Shown: piece after piece, positions 57,441-64,000 of the stretch
How positions within the stretch are numbered: the stretch's first letter is position 1
Layout: every line of letters begins with the position of its first letter
Assembly (NCBI RefSeq): GCF_009914755.1
Contig: NC_060925.1
Strand: one strand, 5' to 3'
From: the human T2T-CHM13v2.0 reference genome, Homo sapiens
DNA: 64,000 nt
Notes under the pieces: model-generated
What the model was told of the DNA's origin: nothing
Database searches by the model: none
The model's input: the letters and a program-made list of their open reading frames with translations, nothing else
Position numbers and translations under genes: made by a program

Positions 57441-60230
57441 AATTCCAAGTTTATATCCAAGCTCTCTATGACTGCTCTGATGCCATATCCCACGACTCCT
57501 CTCCTCACTGCCTCACTCCTCTGGCCACACTGGCCTCACCTCCTTGCTGTATCCTGAAAACCTCAAGCACATTCACACCTTGGAGCCTCTGAATTAGCTT
57601 CTGCCTTTTCCTTGAACACACTTTTTCCAGATATTCACATGGCTCACTCCCTTCCTGCAGGTCTCTGATTAACATTCCCTTAGTAGAGAGGCCTCTCTGA
57701 CTGTACCATATAAAACAACAATTAACTTGGATACTCTTTCTCCTTCAGCCAAGTTATCTCCATAGCATATACTACCACTTATCATATGTAACATTTATTT
57801 TATTGTCTGTCTCCTCCCATTAGAATATAAATTCCATGAGGGTTGGTTTTTGTCTGACTTGATCCTTTATCTCTAGTACCCAGAACAATGGCTGGCAAAT
57901 GGTGCTCAAACGTCTATTAAATGCATCAATCAATATGGAAAGATTCCACTGGGGTCAGAAGCAACCTACAGATAGGGATTAAGTGAGCATCTTCACAGTT
58001 TGATTTCGGAGTGCTAAAGGACCCACCTACTCCCAAACTGCTGTGATACCTGAATAGCATTAACAGTAAACGCTCAATCAATGTTAGCTATTTTCATGTG
58101 CCAGGTACTTTTCTGAGTACTTTACATGTATTAACTCAGTTAATCCACATGCTAACCCTATGAGATAGATTCTATTATCTCTTTATGGGGGGAAACCAAG
58201 GCAGAGAGGTTCGGTAAGTTGGCCAAGGTCACACCACTAGTAAATGGTAGTTTTCATATATAGAACACAAATGTCTCCTTGGAAAAGTAACATTAATATG
58301 GATTTGTTTATCAGATTTTCTAACAGAGAAGACCCTGAGGGAAAGAGACATAATACAGATTGGATTTAATCGAAATGGGGGGCGGGGAACAAATAAAAAT
58401 GGAAAGTTCTAAATTCAGGATCATCTACTTTACAATTTTACTCTCTAGTTAAATTGTTATTACACTTCTAGAACAAAGGGTAATGGAAAATAAACCCATT
58501 ATGGGGAGTAAGGGTAATTTTTAGAACAGGGGTAGACCTTCAGGGAATTTATAAACAAAATTCTATTTTAGATGACAAGCAGAGTTAAATGTTTTACAGT
58601 TTTACAGAGTTAAATTTTACAGAGTTAAATGTTTTACAGTTTTTTCAGTTTGGTTGCTTAAAAAAATAAAAAATATGACACAAAATCAGAGACTATGCTA
58701 TTCATTTAACTGCTTTTAAAATTTAATTATGGTTGAACTCTTTAGTCAGTAAACATGACAAATTAAATCGAGAGTTGCTTCATTATAGATTAAAGTGTCT
58801 GAAGGTTCATTAATGATAAATGCAGGATAAGCCTATACATTTTCACCAAAAGTCTTAGAATTAAAAAAGACAACTAAGTATCAAATTATGTAATACAAAA
58901 AATATAAAAAAGGATTAAATCTCTCTCCTCATATACATATGCAATATATTTTGCCATAACAATAATGTATTAGCACACATTCTAAATGTCAACATTTAGA
59001 TATGTGAAAATAAAACACTAGGAACCTTAATCTTTTCCTATTTCCTTTCCTACTAGTAAAAGGATTGAGTTTTTTTCAAGTGAAGCTAGAAGAGGGTACA
59101 GGCTGGATCATCAGCTGTTGGTAACAATTACTGTTAGAAGAGCCTCCAAAAAGTAAACAGACACATGACATCTGCCAACATATGGAAAGTTAAAATTTAA
59201 ATGACTTATAGTTCAGAATAAATCAGCATAACAATTTGTTAGATTTTCACTAAAATGGCTTAAAAAATCAATTTACTTGATTGTGAAAGCTCTACTGGGA
59301 AGGCAAAAGTCACTGTATTTTATTCTGGTATGATTTAAATGAAAATGGATGAAGTTTTCAGACTGTAATACTGTAATACTAATGTTTCAAATCAAAGAGA
59401 TTGTATAGTGGAAAAGGCTCCAAAATAATCCAAGACTTAGGCCAAGTTCAAACTTTGCCCAAAGCCAGCTGGGTGACCTTGGCTAGTTCCTTTCACTCTG
59501 AGGCTCTATTTCCTGACAAAAAAAATGTATAGTTTCCGTTGTTGTGAGGATTATAGATAATCTCTCTGAGGCATTTGGCATGATGCTTGGCATTCAAGGA
59601 AAAATAACTATTAAAACTCTTTCTCCTCCATCTCCCCCTCCTCTGATGAAACAGTGAAGAAATGAGAATGAAGTAGACTGCTAATAAATAGTATAAAGTC
59701 TTAATAGATTATCCATAGCATTCTTAAAATGAGCAAACTGAATCAACCCACTGATATTGTGTCATCTTTTTAGGTATGGAAATAAAAGCTGAATATTTTT
59801 TCGGCGGGAATTATCTATGAAATATAATTTCCTCTAATATTTATTAAATCAGAACTTCTATAAAAATGTCATCGAGAATTAAAACTTTCACAAGACATTT
59901 CTCACTTATAACCAAACATTTCTCATTTATACCAAAAATATGTAGTAATATACATTACTTAATAATATACAGGCTCTCTGAAACATTTATCTTTGCAAGT
60001 TATGTTCAATATTATCTTCCAAGTCTTTCTAGTTATCTTACAAAATGTTGTAAAAAATTATTCTATAAAAGGCAGACAAGCCATTCTCATTAATCAAATA
60101 TTTCTGATTAACACTAAACGTCTTAATAAAATACCTACTTACCTATCCTAAGATGCTTATTAAGTTTTGAATTAAATTACATGTGCCACTTTTTCCAGAT
60201 ATTTATCTCCTTGAATAAAGTAGCCTTTTG

Positions 60231-60530
60231 TCCAGGCACAGTGGCTCATGCCTAAAATCCCAGCACCTTGGGAGGCCGAGGTGGGGGAATTGCTTGAGTC
60301 CAGAAATTCAAGCCCAGCCTGGGTGACATGGTGAAACCCTGTCTCTGCAAAAAATAGAAAAATTAGCTAAGTGTGGTGGTATGCGCCTGTAGTCCCAGCT
60401 ACTCGGAAGGCTGAGGCAGGAGGAGAGCTTGAGTCCGGGAGGTGGAGACTGCAGTCAGGTTGAGATCATGCTACTGCACTCCAGCCTGGGCGACAGAACA
60501 AGACTCCATCTCAAAACTAAATAAAAAATC
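60231..60530 (+). repeat. AluJ
   Basis: Diverged Alu; TSD AAGT(A/G)GCCTTTTG. Confidence 0.85.
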
Positions 60531-60870
60531 AAGTGGCCTTTTGGTCCAGTCTTTGCTATACTAGATAGGATTATATATATTACTATTTAGAATGTCTCAA
60601 AAGATCTTTTCTGTGTAGTTTAATATTTGTGAACCTCAAAAGACCAGATGTTCAGGAAATGATCCCTTCACTTTTTTTTCCCCATTGGTACAGAGATAAA
60701 GTTTTCTGAAAATAAAATGAGGGCATATAGGTTTTGAACTAACCATTAAGAATAGTTCAGATAACACTGTATTTTTATCACTGTCCACATTTAAAATTAT
60801 GTATCAAAAAATACCTTTTTGTAAGACAAAAGCTTATGATCAATCTCTATAATGAAAATATCAGTTTTAC

Positions 60871-60985
60871 CTTTTGGATCATTGTGAGTCAACAGCTGTA
60901 TGTCAAATTGTTTAGCAAATGCAGTCAAATCTGGTGGCATCACACAGCAGGAGGCAAGATTAACTTGGTTACTATTTGGTTTTAC
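60871..60985 (-). CDS. GCLM: GCLM penultimate exon
   Basis: TCTAG|VKPNSNQVNLASCCVMPPDLTAFAKQFDIQLLTHNDPK G|GTAAAA; 115 nt. Confidence 0.94.
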
Positions 60986-61188
60986 CTAGAAGTGAAAATA
61001 AAATCATGATATCACTACTAAATTAAATATAATACCAAAAGTAGAAAGCAATAAGCAATAAAATAACTTAATTTTAGAACATATGAAAAATCACAATCCA
61101 CAGTGATTAAAGTTTACAAAATACTTTTACATTAATATCTTTATTAATATATGCTTTTCTAACCCAGGTTAGTAGTAATAGGGAATAG

Positions 61189-61645
<457 letters not shown>

Positions 61646-62209
61646 TGATTTTTGTTAGTTTGTTAAGTGTGATGGTTTCAGCTACAGAGCAAATAGTTCT
61701 TAAAGGTAAAGGATCAAATGCAAGTAAATACCTTTAATGTTAAAGTATAAAATATGGCTATGAATCAGACACATTTTGAAAGAGAAGAATTGACAGCTTC
61801 CAGTAGCTACACTGGTTAATTTACATTCTGAATCATCTAAGTCTCTCCAATAGTTTCTTGTCCTCATTCTGGCTATCATCAAGGAGAAGGGGAAATACTT
61901 TCTCTAGGTCTTCCTGTCCATAAGAAACTCTGAAAGCTCTGAAAAGGAGAAGGCTGAAGAAGAAGTAAAAGGAATAAAGAAATACTGAGAGTAAAGGTAA
62001 AACGCTAGTAAGTGACTTTCCTAATAATTTTGTAGGTTATTAGACCAGAGAGTGGGAATAATTAATTTATGACACTCACTCCATATCAAGTTGTATGAAC
62101 TGACAGTCTTACACATCTTTGAATAACAGCAAAATATCTGTTATATATAAAATATTCCCTTACTTAGGAAATTAGAGCCATGGTCTAATAGTACCTAAAG
62201 AAAAAGAAG

Positions 62210-62517
<308 letters not shown>

Positions 62518-62874
62518 GTAAGGTTTTTCTTTAGGTATTATTGTTTTCAGCACATAAGTAGAACTGAAGGAAATGGCCTTAATTCATTTGGTATAAATGT
62601 TTTAACACACATCTTCTAGTATTTTTGTCACTCATTTTAACCAGGATTAACATTCAGTTCAATCAGAGATATATTTAAATAAAAACAAACAAAAACCTCA
62701 AATGATTTAGATAAAACCTGCCTCAAAACTCCTGCAGAAACAAAACAAAACTCCCACATGTGGAAAAGTCACCCCGCAGGGGTGGCCACTATGTGCATGA
62801 TGCTCAACAGTGTGCAGCAAAGACTGAAAAGGGCAAGTTCTTCCTGGAGTGCTCATGATCCTGCCATCCCTCAC

Positions 62875-63077
62875 CTGTGCCCACTGATACAGCTGTTCCA
62901 ACTGTGTTTTGTCTAGATCAGAGGTACCTATGGCAACAATCTTTTTGCTCTGAACTAAGTTTTCTAATTCCTCCCAGTAAGGCTGTAAATGCTCCAAGGA
63001 AAGATTAACTCCATCTTCAATAGGAGGTGAAGCAATGATCACAGAATCCAGCTGTGCAACTCCAAGGACTGAACAGG
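62875..63077 (-). CDS. GCLM: GCLM third-from-last exon (aldo-keto-reductase-like fold); upstream exons lie outside the window
   Basis: TATCAG|..CSVLGVAQLDSVIIASPPIEDGVNLSLEHLQPYWEELENLVQSKKIVAIGTSDLDKTQLEQLYQWAQ|GTGAGG; 203 nt. Confidence 0.95.
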
Positions 63078-64000
63078 CTGATAGGAAGGAAGACACAAAG
63101 AAAATAAATGCTTACATCATAAAAACAAATATTTCTAATGTTTTCAAAGTATCCCACTGAATTCTGTCCATATTCTTCACTTGTTTTCAAAATAACAGAT
63201 TATTTCATAGTTTACTTTTCATTTAGAACATTTCTATCTTTCAAAAATGTGTAAGTGCCCATTTACCTACTTGCTCTGTGTGGCAGACAAGTGGGTTTCT
63301 CTGACCTGCCTTATTCCTAGGCAGCTTGCAGCTACTACTACATGCTCCTCTTTCTAGGGAACAAAATTTCTTCTTGTTTCCTAGGTCCCAGAAGTTTTTA
63401 GTAGCTCCCTTATCTTCATAAAATTTTCTTCTCCAGTTCTACTTGCTCACTACTATCGCATATGGATGATCACAAGAATTATGACCTAATATTCTGTAAC
63501 TAGTAGTCACAGCAAAGAATAAGCTTGAGACACTGAAAAACTGAATGTTTGGTCTTAATCCATATTTATAGAGGTAGATAATTTCTTAATTCTATAAAAA
63601 TAATTTAAGAGCTTATTTTAAATGATTATTCATTCTAAAGTTACATTAAAGAGCCAATTATTTAAGTTTTCAATATATGTAAATACTGGAATAATTTTTT
63701 ATTTAAGTATTGAATAACTTTAATATCACAATAACCTAAGTGCTAAAAACAGATATACTTGGATTTTTTTTGGATTTTTTTTTTTTTGCCGTTGTTTGGT
63801 TTTGATATTTCACCTCTAGTACTAAAAGGGCTAAGAATAAGAACTTCTATCTCCAAACGGATAGTGAACATTTAAGTACATTACACCTTTTACATTCCTC
63901 TTGCATATCAAAATATGACCCTACATAAGTCAGTATGATTTTACAGAAGCCTTAAGAAACTAAGCTAGAACTTTAAAAGGTAAAATTGGAATCAACTCAT

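Overview
Human (primate) genomic DNA, recognisable as the 1p22.1 BCAR3-DNTTIP2-GCLM interval. It starts with the 3' end of a HERV-H provirus (env tail plus LTR7). A ~2 kb CpG island holds MIR760, the probable distal first exon/promoter of BCAR3 (minus strand) and an intron-containing tRNA-Arg(TCT). Next come a solo LTR13 and a full-length inactivated L1PA3/4 nested in an Alu. The complete 7-exon DNTTIP2 gene (minus, 756 aa) and the last three coding exons plus 3'UTR of GCLM (minus) follow. About half the window is Alu, L1, L2, MIR, LTR or DNA-transposon repeat, and most ORF-track entries are repeat artefacts. The most notable unexplained structures are four. (1) Spliced, stop-riddled exon relics just downstream of DNTTIP2 read as a doublecortin (DCX)-like domain once an Alu is excised, suggesting a candidate unitary pseudogene. 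(2) An mRNA 3'UTR retrocopy resembling SGK1 sits in GCLM intron 6. (3) An inverted local duplication brackets DNTTIP2 exons 1-2. (4) An uninterrupted L1 ORF0/antisense promoter and an LTR40-derived exon point into BCAR3. Gene and repeat names come from recall, not from database searches.
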